Assembly: GCA_001938485.1 (NCBI GenBank)
Contig: MQRK01250234.1
Span: 74,680 to 132,308, forward strand
Length of the DNA: 57,629 bases
Source: Girardia tigrina
Lineage: Eukaryota
Direction: 5' to 3'
Under the pieces are notes generated by a model. It was not told the origin of the DNA, made no database searches, and saw only the letters and a list, made by a program, of their open reading frames with translations. Below, piece by piece: positions 24,061 to 37,060 of the stretch. How positions within the stretch are numbered: position 1 is the stretch's first letter; every line of letters starts with the position of its first letter. Both the position numbers and the translations under genes were made by a program.

Positions 24061-26009
24061 ATATATTGAATTCTTAGATAACATGATGTAAATTCAGAAT
24101 GCCGATGTTTATCAAAACCTTGTTCTTTATAATATTGAGCCTTTAGTATTTTTTTATCAATTTTTGTATCAAAGAAATGTCAAATTTTCGTACAAAGTAA
24201 AGCTTAACATCATCCCATTTCCAGTAAGACATAAAAACCACCAAGTATATTTTAAATTAAAATTCTTTTGTAGCTTCGTTTGTGAGTAAGCCTTTTACTT
24301 ATTTCATAATTATATTTTATTAAAAGTAAAAAAATATATTCGTAAATCAATTACAAAACAAGTGGATATAAAATTGTCAAATAAAAATTTTCAATCAACA
24401 TAAAATTAAATGACAATTTGAACATATTATTTTATTAAATGGGAAATTTTTCCAACATTTTTATTGATTATTTAAAGACATTTTGTCTGCAATTTCATTT
24501 ATAAAATTTCTCATCATTGATTTTTTTAAATAGATAAAACAAATTATTTTTTTAATTAATTTAAAAATTGTTTTAATTTTCAGACAGTCTCTTGATTTGC
24601 GAATGTGCTTGTAAAATTTAAAATCTATCTTTATTAATTATTAAATTAATTTGATAAATAATTTGTACTCGAATGATTGATTAAATTTAATTTTTTTCAA
24701 AATCGTTTCTTTTTTTCCTTGGTTAAAGGAAATATGTTTTAGTTTTTTAAAATTTTTTCGTTATTTATTTATTTTTATTTTTTAAGATTGAACATAACTT
24801 TGACATTAAATAGAATAATTAACACAATATTTAGAAAATAGAATTAAAATGATAGAAAAATTGATTTTAATTTATTCAATTAAATATTTTTTTAATTTTT
24901 ATTAAATATATATTTAAATAAATACAACACTCAAGTGTTTCGAAAATATACTAATACTGTATTATACAGTAGTCCCAAAAGCTTTTGCGATCTTTAGTAA
25001 AATAGAAATATGGTACAAGGACTATTGAATGGAACTTAGCATTGACGTTGGTCATATGGTTGAGGGAAAATTCTGAATGTTGTAAGTTTGTTGATTGTAT
25101 GCTGTTTTCGTTGGTGACTCTCTTACTCAAATGGGATTGATATGTTATTGATTGATTATTTAAATATAATGAGATTAATGTTTAAATACTAATTAATTAA
25201 AAGTTTTCTAATTAAAAATTTTAATAATATTTTAGAAAACGATTTAACTTATTGAATTTAATATAATAAAAAATTAATTTTTATTTTAAAATTTACTTAT
25301 TGCATTTTTGTACCATTGAATTTCGGTAAATTAAAAGTTAATATTAATAGAAACTCATTCATTAATTAAAAGTTTGAAAAAAGATACAAAAACATATTGA
25401 TCAAGAACGATACTTCCCGCAGAAGGGCCAACTGTAAATGATTTTGTAAGAGTTGTAAATAAATGTGTTCACGCAAATTGTAATGTTGATAATTATATGA
25501 AAATGCAAAGGAGTCGATAGAAGATTTGAAAAATAAATTAGACAAGAATTGGTATAATAGATGTTAGTTTTTAATAAGAATTGCACAATAACTTCGATTC
25601 CCAAAAATATATTTACTAATTAAAACAAATACATAAAAAATGCGAGAATTAATGATGAAATAATTGAAACCACATTTAAATAATTTTATATAAATTAATA
25701 TTTATTTGAATGATTATAATTTTGAATAATAATTTAATAATACTAATATTCTTCCTAACAATAGAAATTATGCAAATAAGTTAATTAAAGATACTCTTGA
25801 TTCTATTTATCTAAAATCACAAAGTCAAACTAATAACTCTAAGAATAATATACAAAAAATAATGACAATTTAGTAAATATTATCTTAAAAATACTATTTT
25901 ATGAGGGAGGAAATAATTTCAAAAAATCATAAATAAAATGTTTTTAGGAAATTTTAAATTGAGAGTAATCCTTACCACTAATAAAGTATTCACTTTCTTT
26001 TCAAATAAA

Positions 26010-26520
26010 TCTAAAACTCCTTTAAGTGTGCAAGCAAACCTAGTGTGAAGCCTTGCACATTGAAGAGCAGAAATCCCTGAGTGCAAGGCCAGAATGGACG
26101 TGCATCCACGTGGTATCCCTGGGAAACTAGAGTTCTCTTCTCTAGGTTAAGGTGTCCTAAGTTGAGCCATTTGCTGTTTGAAAGGTCGACAGCCTATTTA
26201 TCGATATTGGACTAGCAAACAAATATTTTGAAGGCCCAGCTTCAAAACCTGAGTATCAGGCTATATGGAGTAGTGACCCAGCAGTCGCGTGGTCGATTGC
26301 ATCGCAATGATCCAAGATTTTTAATCTTGGTGAGGGGTGTTGTGAAGCCGGTTCGCCGGTGGAGCTTAGGAATGTCAATCCTCGCATAGGTGGAGTGCCT
26401 TTTGAACCCATAAGCACCTCAGACCTCCTAAAAAGCCTCAGGCTTAATATCATTATAGGATGAGAGGATCACATTGGAGATACCAGCCGTCATCACCGAA
26501 CTAGAATCGCTGAAGAAACT
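26010..26520. other. GC-rich, hairpin-dense island; candidate structured RNA or retroelement UTR
   Basis: About half GC within very AT-rich flanks, with at least eight short perfect stems (see findings). No convincing ORF. Confidence 0.5.
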
Positions 26521-26921
26521 CAATCGAGTAAAAACATCTCCATTCTTAATCATAAATTAAATTGCAAAGATCGAAAAAATGTCGAATATAATAAATGATT
26601 TTAATTTTTGTGTAAAACTTTTGATAATTTTGATGTGAGAATAATTACGGAAGCATTTTAAATTATGTCTAAATGTTCAAAGTGATTTAACTAATCTTAC
26701 TAAAGTATTTTATGTTTTTTCCTTTTTTTGTAATTTTAATAATTTGAAATAATAAAAAAGCCTGAATATTTATTGATGTTGCAAAATAATCTATTGTTAT
26801 ATAGAGGATACTTATTTTCAATTTTCAATTAGTCAACTGACCATTCCAAAACTGGAAAAAATGTTTTGAAAAATAAATATTTAGGTAAATGTTGTTGTTA
26901 TGTGTTATATATATATATATA

Positions 26922-27230
26922 ACATTTAGATTTAATGACAATTTATTTATAAAGAAAATAAAGAAAAAACGCCATTTTAAAAGTTTTTTTATTTTGAAAA
27001 ACAAGTTTCGCCATTACGGCATCATCAGTTTGGAAGGACATTTCCATTTCCATTTGTATGGTACATTGACTATTACGCAATCAGTCTTTTTTTAATTAAT
27101 CTTAAAAGATTTTAATATGATTGGATAATGCACTCTGAACATTTAAGCATGGTTTTAAATGCTTTATAAACTCATATAACTCACATTTTAAAGACCCGCG
27201 TTAACCATTTTTTCATTCTTTTTATTAACT
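26922..27230 (-). mobile_element. PLE 3' end between two (TA)n tracts
   Basis: LKCELYEFIKHLKPCLNVQSALSNHIKIF* (about 27103-27195) is a GIY-YIG C-terminus, followed by a hammerhead and tail. Confidence 0.7.
26997..27031 (-). ncRNA. Minimal hammerhead ribozyme (PLE-type), weak stems
   Basis: AAA-CTGATGA-T-GCCG(taa)TGGC-GAA-ACTTGT-T-TTT. Core intact; stem III is one change from palindromic ACATGT. Confidence 0.7.
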
Positions 27231-27231
27231 T

Positions 27232-27271
<40 letters not shown>

Positions 27272-27289
27272 TTAATAAGAAATTTAAAA

Positions 27290-27905
27290 AATAATGGCAA
27301 ATTTTTATTAAAATCAAGGACGCCATCAACAACCTTTATAGGTTTGTTATTTAGGTGTTGGTCTCTATTATCAACATATGAACTAATAGAATTATTGTAG
27401 AAAAATGGATATTCGAAATCTTTTTTAGAGAAACTAACTGATGTGACCATAGATAAATTAATGAATAAAGAACATGAGGGTAAAGACGAATTAAAACCCG
27501 ATAAATTATCTAATGAAAATTCTTATATTGGATATACGCTAATCGTTGCTTATTCAGAAAGTTACAAAAATTTCAATCGACTTTTTTAAAATCAATTGAT
27601 AGTACAAATTTTAATTTAAAAATCATTTCTAAATCTTACAAAATTCAAAGTATGTTCAAAAATAAATCTCGTACTCCTTTGAGTTTATTTTCCAATCTGG
27701 TTTATGAATTTTTGAGTAATGGATACAACGCTACATATATTGGAGAGACTTCTCGTCATCTCTGTAAACGGATTCAGGAACACGGATGATTTGGTAATGA
27801 GAGTAATATTGCTGGACATATGAAGGGTTGTAAATCGGAGATGAAAACAACTAATTATAAAATATTGTACAGTAATTTTAAAAATTATTGGGAAAGAGTT
27901 ACTCG
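27290..27905 (+). mobile_element. PLE fragment (RT thumb to GIY-YIG), decayed
   Basis: FIGLLFRCWSIINI, KNGYSKSFLEKL, KIQSMFKNKSRTPLSLFSNLVYEF...NATYIGETSRHLCKRIQEH, KNYWERVT. Confidence 0.85.
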
Positions 27906-28519
27906 ATGAACATAAATGATTATGTAAAAGGTTGATCGAAAAAGACTTTTTAAGATCCAAGAATTAGAAAAAAACGGAAAATTCAGAGTTCCCGAACATT
28001 ATTAATTGCAAGATATCTATTTATAAATTATAAGTAGTTTATATTAATTTTATTGTGTTTTTTAAATTAAAATTTTTCAAATCTTAAATTTTTAAAATTT
28101 TCAAAACTTTGTTGGCAAAGTAGACTTCTGTCTGCGAAAAGAATGTATATAAAAATTAAATTTTTTGATTCAATTTAACTTAACCAATTTAATTCAATTT
28201 AACTGGTTTGGTTTTGAACGCAATATATGTTTGTTTATTCTTTGGATGTCTAGTTTTCGTCAAAAGCGTATTTTTCTTTATTTTCCATTCCACCATTTTG
28301 ATGTTTTGAATTATTAATATCAATATACATCAATCAATGAAGTTCTCAATTACAACCATCTTTTTCACAAAAACTCTGTTTAAGATCATTTTTAGATATT
28401 TTCTTTTCTCAAACAGTGAAAGCATAATATTTTTTTCTACAGTGATTCTCTCTTTTTGCTCATATTAAAAATAGTTTGAATCTTTCTACTGAGTGATGTT
28501 GTTTGAATAGAAAAAAATT

Positions 28520-28870
28520 ATTTTTAAGGGCTATTTTTGAAATCTTTGATTTTCAGATAAATTGAATCAGATAGAAAAAGATATTTGTGTTTATTTCCCA
28601 CTTCAGAAAGTATATAAGTTGATTTAAAGGTCTTTATAGTTTTAGATTCGCTGTCCATAGCTATCAAGAATTTTATGTCAAGACTGCAAATTCCAGAAAT
28701 CATGATTTCTAACATTGGAACAAGTGTGGGGGGATACACCAAAAGTACTGAAGAAGTTGTTGTCCATACGTATTCCCTGATCAAGAAATGTCCTTGGCAG
28801 CTTCGGTAACTTTTTAACCTCGATAAAAAGTAAAGAAGAGCAGGTGTTGAAAATGTTGATTTTATCCTCC
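28520..28870 (+). mobile_element. BEL/Pao integrase core remnant
   Basis: KRYLCLFPTSESI*VDLKV...AIKNFMSRLQIPEIMISNIGTSVGG resembles KRYxCLFTCxxxRAVHLE...AxxRFxARRGxPxxIxSDNGTNFVG. Confidence 0.55.
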
Positions 28871-30439
28871 TGGGTATTCAATTTCTAAGCCTATAGACAT
28901 ATAAGTCACCAGAATTTTAACTCTATGTGATGACGAATAACATCACCACAGTTTCTATTACCTATCTGTTTCAATTTTTGAATAATTTTTCCAACATAAT
29001 TTTAACGGAATTTTATTTTCGTCCAAACGAACAATGCCCTAATGGACAAAACTCAATCAACGATTCTTAATTATCGAAGCATCAACATTTATTCGGAATT
29101 TTTAGTGAACAACAAATAACTAAATTAAAACTATTTCAAACTTTGTTATTCGACCTTATTACTAACGAAGATTCTAATCTTATCGTGTAATTGCATTACT
29201 TAACCTTTTTTCTACTCAACTCTGTGGATTATGAGGTGCCTTTTTTGACGTCTTGCTTTTACCTTTCTGTTTATTAATACATTATTTTGTTAAAGAACTT
29301 TTCAATTAATTTTTTGTATTTGCATTTTTTTGAGTTGATTAATTAATTTACACTAATTAATTTAATTATTGTTTTGTTCACTTAAAAAAGAAACGATTTA
29401 TCGAACAAGAATACTATTAACAACAAATGTAATATGGGCATAGCACAGAGCCACATCTAAGACTCTGTTATCACCGGTCAGCCTCTAGGGTAACTTTAGA
29501 CTGCACCAAACAATAACAAATAAATTTCTTTAAAATATAATAATAAGTTCAAATTTTATTCAGTCCTAAAAATTAAAAAAAATATAATTTTTAGTTTAAT
29601 AAAAAATAAAGTGTTCTACAAATATATTGTTAAAACATCGTTTATAATCAATTAAAATATAATGAATACTTTACGATAAAATATAATTCAAATTTCAATT
29701 AATGATGCTATTTAATAATTTAAACAGGAAATATTTATTAATTACTTTACGCTTAATATAAATGATCATTTAAATCGATCAGGATGTTTTCCATTAATTT
29801 TTGAAATAATTACATAGGAAAAGTAATTTTATGAGAATTTCAATTATTTTTCATTTATTGAAAACATCAAAGTTAAATATAACATTTTTGAATTAATCAA
29901 AAAATATAAATCCTAAAAAATAATAAAATTATTTTTTTGAAAATGTCAATTAAACAAATTTATATTGTCTGTTTTATTATGTCTAATAAATTTACTTTTC
30001 TAAAAAATACTTATTAAAATAAATTAAAGAAATATAAACAAATAAATTTCAATGACCAAGAAAGGAAATTTAATTATTTTTTTTGATAATATTTATTTAA
30101 TTTAACATGGATTTTGAAAATGTGTCTACAACAATTTATTTTAATATTTTTTGACTAATTTTTTTAATTATTCAAAAGTTATAATTAAATTTTTTATCTG
30201 TTTTTACTTATGTTTTCAGTTTTTCTAAAGATATTTTTAATTTTTAATATTTATAGAAAACCGTAAAGACAGTTTGGGTAATTTAGAAGTTGAATGTTTC
30301 CTAACAACATCGTTAATATAAAAAATTAATGAGAAATATTATAAATAGAATATAAAATCCTTTTTATTTTGCTAATCTATTGTTCTTAATGACAACATTT
30401 AGACATAGAAAATTTTGTTCCATAAATGGTACAATTATT

Positions 30440-30521
30440 GCATATTATTATTAATATAATTATTATTAAAATTATTATTATCATTATTATTACTGTTATT
30501 ATTAACATTATTATTATTATT
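30440..30521. repeat. Imperfect (ATT)n microsatellite
   Basis: Directly visible; explains the poly-Ile ORFs at 30386-30614. Confidence 0.9.
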
Positions 30522-30837
30522 TGTTTCGCAGACTGTGTATTTCTTAAATCGGAAAAAGAAAATATCTTTTCCCAACCGTTTACCGAAATGCCTGTGGTCA
30601 TCATTGTCAAATAGAATTATTTAGTTTTCAGACAACTCAACACTGTCAATTTTGAGAACATTTTTCTCGTCGATTTTTTTAATTCATTTTTATGTATTTT
30701 AGCGATTTTATCGACAGTTTTGTTTTTTTATCTAATGGACACCATATCTAAGAACGACATTGAAGACGAAGGAAAATAATTTTCGATGGGTATGGAAGAC
30801 TTTCATAAGTGTTGATGAACTCAAGTTCTTCAATGTA

Positions 30838-31629
30838 TTGGGTTGGCCAAAAAGTCATTGCGTTTTTTACTAAAATATTTATTATCAAAAAATGACATGG
30901 ATCCACAAATATTTTTACACGATATACTGACCATTATTTTCAATCACTTTCTTCCACCTTTCCAGTAGCTTCATTATTCCTGATTCATAAAAACCTTGGC
31001 CTTTGTCAGCAAAAAAAATCGATTTGATGTCATCATCACTGGTGAATGTTTTTTTCTGTTTAAAAAATTCTGCAGTGATCTAAATAAGTGAAAATCCGAT
31101 GAGGCCAAGTCTGGAGAATGCGGTGGGTGCGGCAAAACCTCCCAACCCAGTGATAAGAGTTTCTGGCGAGTGGTCAAACTTGTATGCGGTCTTGCGTTAT
31201 CATGCTGAATTACAACTCATTTTCGATTTGCAAATTCAGGACGTTCCTGTTGAATTGAATGAGCCAATTTCTCCAGCTGACCATACTTACTCATATCTGT
31301 CCGAATTGATGGTTTCATTCCTCGGAAGGAGTTCAAAAAACACTTGAAAAAAAATCCTTTAAATTTACGGTTTAACCTTAAAAATTCCGGTTTTTCCTTT
31401 GCGAAAATAATGAAACAAAACATGATGAATATGCTCATTTTGATTTTCCATTTCGAATTGACGGTAAAGTAATAAATTAAAACAAAATCAATTAATATTT
31501 TGTATAAACAGTCTGAAAATTAAGGTTTCAGAATATTTAATTGAATTTAAATTTTATCACATCGTTTTATATTTTCAAGCTTTTTATTAGGACGTACTCA
31601 AAAACGCAATGACTTTTTGGCCATTTCAA
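30838..31629 (-). mobile_element. Internally deleted mariner (mellifera-like), 792 bp
   Basis: 30-bp TIRs (27/30) with core TGGCCAAAAAGTCATTGCGTTTTT and TA TSD. N-terminus MENQNEHIHHVLFHYFRKGK; C-terminus LGWEVLPHPPHSPDLASSDFHLFRSLQNFL. Confidence 0.92.
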
Positions 31630-34390
31630 TAGAATACGTTCATGTCATTTTAATCATTTAAAATTTTTTTTGTTGATTTTTCGAACTAATAAACTAAATA
31701 ACCCTGACAAAATGAATTTAAATCATCATCAACATCGTATTGCAGATCGAGTGTATTTGTTTCATTCGTGTCATCATTACTTAAAATTTGTGAAACATTT
31801 TTTTGATTTTAAGAGACAAAAAATTTAGATTTAAATTTTTCTGAGTTGTTTCATCAAAATTCATTTTTTAATTTTATAGAAAATTTATTTAAATTATTCA
31901 AATGACGCATGAAAACTCCTTGATTTTACTTTTAATTTTCAAAAACATGACAAAATTTTTATCAATTAAGATAAAACAAAACACACACGCCTGCATATAC
32001 AAACAACAACTTACACACACTCACCAATCATAATTATTCATTTCACACTCACAAAAACACACTTAACCCCTAAGTACCAGATTTTTTTTCTTAAAATTTG
32101 GCATAAAATTTATATATTATGATGAATTATTCATTAATCAATATCTCCTTATCTAATTTTCAGAGTTGAAAGATAACACCTGAGGCAATAGGGTGACGTG
32201 CTTACTAGTAGATAATAACTAAACTTCCTGTAAACTCATATTTTCATTTATGTAATAAAAATAAATTTCTTATAGAAAAAAATTATTGCGCACGCGATGT
32301 TAAAATTTCAGATAAAAAATATTCCTGAATTTTGAGTAAAAAAAAGAGTAAATGAAAATTAATAAAATTGCAATTCGAACAAGGACAATTGAAAATATGT
32401 TTTACCAAATTAAACAATACACAAATAAATTTTTTAAATCTAACTGTAGACATTTTCATTCAATCGAAATAAAACGTTTTTTTCTTTATAATTCTCGTTG
32501 ATAATGACGATTTGATTGTCGTTAAATTCGTCAAATTCGTAACATTATGATCGATGTACGTACGTATTTGGTCAACGACCAGAACTTTCCTAAATGTGAT
32601 ACGTGATGGCAAGATGGCGGCGATTTGAATACTCATTGAAACACAAAACATCAAACATTCAAAATATTCCTCACAATGTATTTAATTTATTTATTTAATT
32701 AAAGTAAAATACAAATAATTATAAAATTAAATATTAAATTTTATATTCCCAGAAAATTAAAACTTACTTTATTACTTTTCAGAAACCGTTTTATTGACTC
32801 TGAATTAAATTTTAGTAAACATACCGTAAAATTTATTTTATTTTTACATTAAATTGGGAAAATTTTATTTTAACATATCTTTAACTCTACTTTACGAAAT
32901 GTAATTATTTAATTGTTAATTTTATCAGATTTTAAATGCAAACATTTTATGAACTCACCAAAGCTCCTAACAGATGGTATACTATACTATAATATTGTAA
33001 AATTACATTTACATATCTTAATAATCATTTTTTTGAAAAGAAAAATTATTCTTTTGATATGATATTAAATATAAGTTGTAATATCATATTCTATTCTTTT
33101 TTTGCCTTACTTTCTTTTTATTCTGTTTTTTATTGATAATCTTTTCAATTTTCTATAAACATTTTTTTATCAAGTGATTTTATTTTGAGTACTTTATAAT
33201 TAATTTATTAAATTTCTAATAGAGTTTATGTTATCTCATCTTTATAAACTAAACAAATCTTTAATTAAAATTTATTTTATACTAATTTAATATTTAAAAT
33301 AAAAAAACTGAATTTGTTTTACAAAATAAAATGTATTTGTTAAATACAAAAATAATTGAAAGTAATTAATTTTAATATTTAAATTATTAAACAATAATAT
33401 TTATATTTTCCTGTATGGATAAAAAAAATTCATTGAGTTTTATTTTGTTTATTTTTGTATAAAAATGATTTTTTTTATTATTTTATGGATAAAAAGTATT
33501 TTCGTTCGTGTTTGAAAAATAATTTTTATCTCATTTTTTATTTAATTAACGTTAAAAAACATAAACTGCCTAATCATATCATTGGCAGATAATCTGATAA
33601 AATAACAATAATTAAATTTTTTCCTTAATGTCGGTGGTCTCTTTTATTCTTACAAAGAAGCTGCATCTTTCCGAATAAAGTGTCTTACAACTTGTTGCAT
33701 CCTCTCTGACGTCTTAAATCAGTCTCATAATGGTTTTGTCGGAAAATGATATTTTCATTATTTTCTTAAAATTTTGATTTTCTTTTTCAAAAATAGATTT
33801 TTTTGACAGACGAATATAATTAAATCACAAAAATTTTAGTTTTCTTTCGAAAATAACATTTTTTTCGTTTTTTAAAAATTTAAAAATAGCTATATACTAC
33901 ACAAATTCTTATGTATTCCGACACTTAAAATAATTCATATTAAAAATTTTAAATTATAAATAATATGTACTTATTTGTATTATAGATGAATTAATTTGAT
34001 ATTTTACGATAATCTAAATACAATTCTAAAATAATTTTAAGAAATCAAATAAAAAAGTTAACTAATAAAACTTTCATTCACATTTAAAAATTTGTTTTCA
34101 AATTCAAAAGAAAAATATTAAATATTTATTTTTACTTATTTATTTTAAATTTTAATATTTTAAAGGTTTTTCAATATTTTATGGTGTACTTTACAATGCT
34201 AATTATACTCAAATGACTATTCGTCGTCACATCCAAAATATTAATTTTTCATCTGGGTGGAAGAAACACATTTCCAAACACTAAACTCAACATATAAAAT
34301 TCAACATACCTATTTCAATATATTAAATTTAAAATATTCCTCACAGGTGAAATATAGAAGTTTTAAAAATTATATTTAATAAAGGTAATA

Positions 34391-35641
34391 TTAGGTTGGT
34401 CGAAAAATAATGGCGGTTTTGGGACACAAACTTCAAAGACGTGCAAATTCACAGAAACAAAAGTTTATTAATCAAAGTATGAACCGTTGGCATCAATACA
34501 TTTTTGCCAACGAGAAATAAGTTGTTTTATTCCATCAGCATAAAATGCATCGGTTCTCGAAGCGACGAATTCTTGGAAGGCATTTTGAGCATCATTTTGG
34601 TTTTTGAAATTTTTTTCACGTAAGAACTTGTACAAATGCCTAAAAAAGTAGAAATCCGTTGGCGATAGGTCTGTTGAATATGGTGGATGAAGCAGAGTTT
34701 CATAGCCCAACTCATTAAGCTTTTGAAGAGTCACTTTTGAAATATGAGGTCTAGCGTTATCATGAAGAAGGATGGGACTTTTAGATTGACCAATTCCGGA
34801 CAAAGGGTTTTCAATGTCTTATGCATTTCATCAATTTCATGACAGTACATCTCCGCTGTGATTGTTTCACTTGGATTCAAGAAACTATAGTGGATGATTC
34901 CAGTATCATACCACCAAACTGTCACCATAACCTTACGGGGTGTTACTTTCGGTTTCGGAAAGTGTTTCGGTACTTCATCTTTGTCCAACCACTGTGCAGA
35001 TCGACGTCGGTTATCATACAGGATCAATTTCTCATCACAGGTAACAATACGATCAAGAAATGGATCGTTCTTATTGCGAAGATGATTGGCAGAACAAATT
35101 TCATAGCGTCGGTTCTTTTGATTTTCATTCAAATCATGTTGAACCCATTTATCAAGTTTCTTGATTTTTCCAAGTTGTTTTAAATGATCCAGGACTGTTG
35201 AATGACTAATGTCCAACCAATCTGAAAGTTTTCTGATTGTTGTACGGGGATCTGTTTTCACCATTGTCCTCAAATTGTCGTTGTTAACAGCAACTGGACG
35301 ACCACGACCTTCTTCATCTTCAAGGTTCTCATCTCCATCAGAAAATTTTGTTCCCTTGCCAAGCGCTTTATTGATATTGCGAGCCGTTTCTGATGCTTTA
35401 CAACCCAGTTTAAATTCTTACAAGAAAATTGCTCGAATTTTAATTTTTTCCATTATTAATTTAGCACTGTAAATATTCTAAAAAATAACAGCAATATGTT
35501 AATAATGGCTATATGAATATACAGCTAGGCATAAGATTTCAAATAATATCTAACACTAATACATTTAAACTTATATACATATCAAAGTAAATAAACAAAG
35601 TATAAAGCTCAAAAACCGCCATTATTTTTCGACCAACCTAA
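34391..35641 (-). mobile_element. Near-full-length mariner (cecropia subfamily, Hsmar1/Dtmar1-like), copy A
   Basis: Perfect 30-bp TIRs TTAGGTTGGTCGAAAAATAATGGCGGTTTT; TA TSD at 34389-34390 and 35642-35643. Confidence 0.96.
34468..35453 (-). pseudogene. Mariner DD34D transposase pseudogene, copy A
   Basis: MEKIKIRAIF..., WVQHDL, IVTCDEK, LLHDNARPH, HPPYSTDLSPTDFYFF. Stop near the start, about 30-bp deletion near 35349 relative to copy B, and a frameshift near 34785. Confidence 0.93.
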
Positions 35642-36599
35642 TATTTAAAAAAATATAAATTCAATAGATAAAAAATATTTAAAAGAGATAGTAATAAGAA
35701 AACTTAAGTAAAAAAAAGTTCCAAATCTCAGTGAAATAAATAGAAAAATTTATTAAAATTATATTAAAAGTAAAAAAATAATGATTTACATTAAACTACA
35801 ATAAATCTTTTAATTATTGATTATTTAACAAATGTATTTTTTTAATTTTAATAATAAAATGTAAACAAAAATTGCCGATCGTTTATTATTCTTATGAAGA
35901 CGAAGAAACAAAAACAAAGAAAAATATTTTGTTCCTTTTTTCATCAATTTTTGTTCGAATTTTCGCACTATTTCTTTTAGTTTTATCATTAGATTTAGTA
36001 ATTTACTTAATGTCGAATTACATTTTACGATGTTGTTTCTTAACGTTTACCGTCATTCGCTATCCTTAAGTTTCTTTTTCCTAGGCAAAGGTAGTTTGAT
36101 GTAGAAACTGAATATTACTGATGGTTAATCAGTTTACGTCTCAATCAGTTTTGATGTAATTAAACCAAGAGCGCGTCTGAAAATCACTTTGATAATCCGC
36201 TGATAAAAATATTAATAATTGATTTTTATTTTAAAATAAATCATTTATTTTTTATTAGATATGTTAAATTTTCTATATAAAAAAATAAAAAAAAATATTA
36301 TTTACGTATTTTTTATTTATTTTATTTATATTCTTGAATCAGTAAATGTATACATAATAAATGAGTTCATTTGGTAATTAATTTTGAAACAATATTTCCG
36401 AATATTATAAAAAATAATTATTATACTGACAAGGAAAATTGAACAAGTGTACAAATGTGTACAATAATAGAGTAGATAATGTTATTTATACTTAATAAAC
36501 ATTCTCTGTCATAACTAAAAAGAAGAAACGTAAAAATACTAAATTTTTATAAACTTTGAAGGTTTTTAATTTTAGCAACAAGATTTACAACCAAAGGTA

Positions 36600-37060
36600 C
36601 AAAGATTATCAAAACTTGTTTTCAACAAATCATTGCTACAATAACAAGTTATTCCTTCTAAAATAGATTTAAAATAACTTTTGTAGGTTGACTTTAAATA
36701 ACAATCTGCAAAATTTAGTTTAAATTTAAACGTTTGGAGAATTACAACATTCCACGATCAAATATTTACATTGTATTTTCTAACTCAGTGAAAATGGAAA
36801 AGATGGCCTTAAGTCAAGGTTTTGCAAGTATTTGCATTGTAAATGCACCAGAAGAATAACTAATTCTCATTGACTCTTGGAATCCTTAAAAAAACTGATA
36901 TGTATAATTATGTTATGTCTGATAGCAAGCACATCGAAATAATGCGGATACCACTTCCAACCATTAGATTTTATCAAAATATATTTTAGTACTTAAGTAT
37001 TTATAAGACATTCAGGATTTCAGGTTGAAATTCTACTCGATTATAAAGGATTCATTTTTA
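36600..37060 (+). mobile_element. Possible pogo-like (DDE_1) transposase remnant
   Basis: LILIDSWN, later TTxxQPLD-like and SxSxKM-like pieces across frameshifts. Confidence 0.35.

Noticed and set aside
26360-26420. HDV-like ribozyme suggested by TCCTCGC
   Set aside because: Could not build P1, P1.1 (no GG) or a clean P3.
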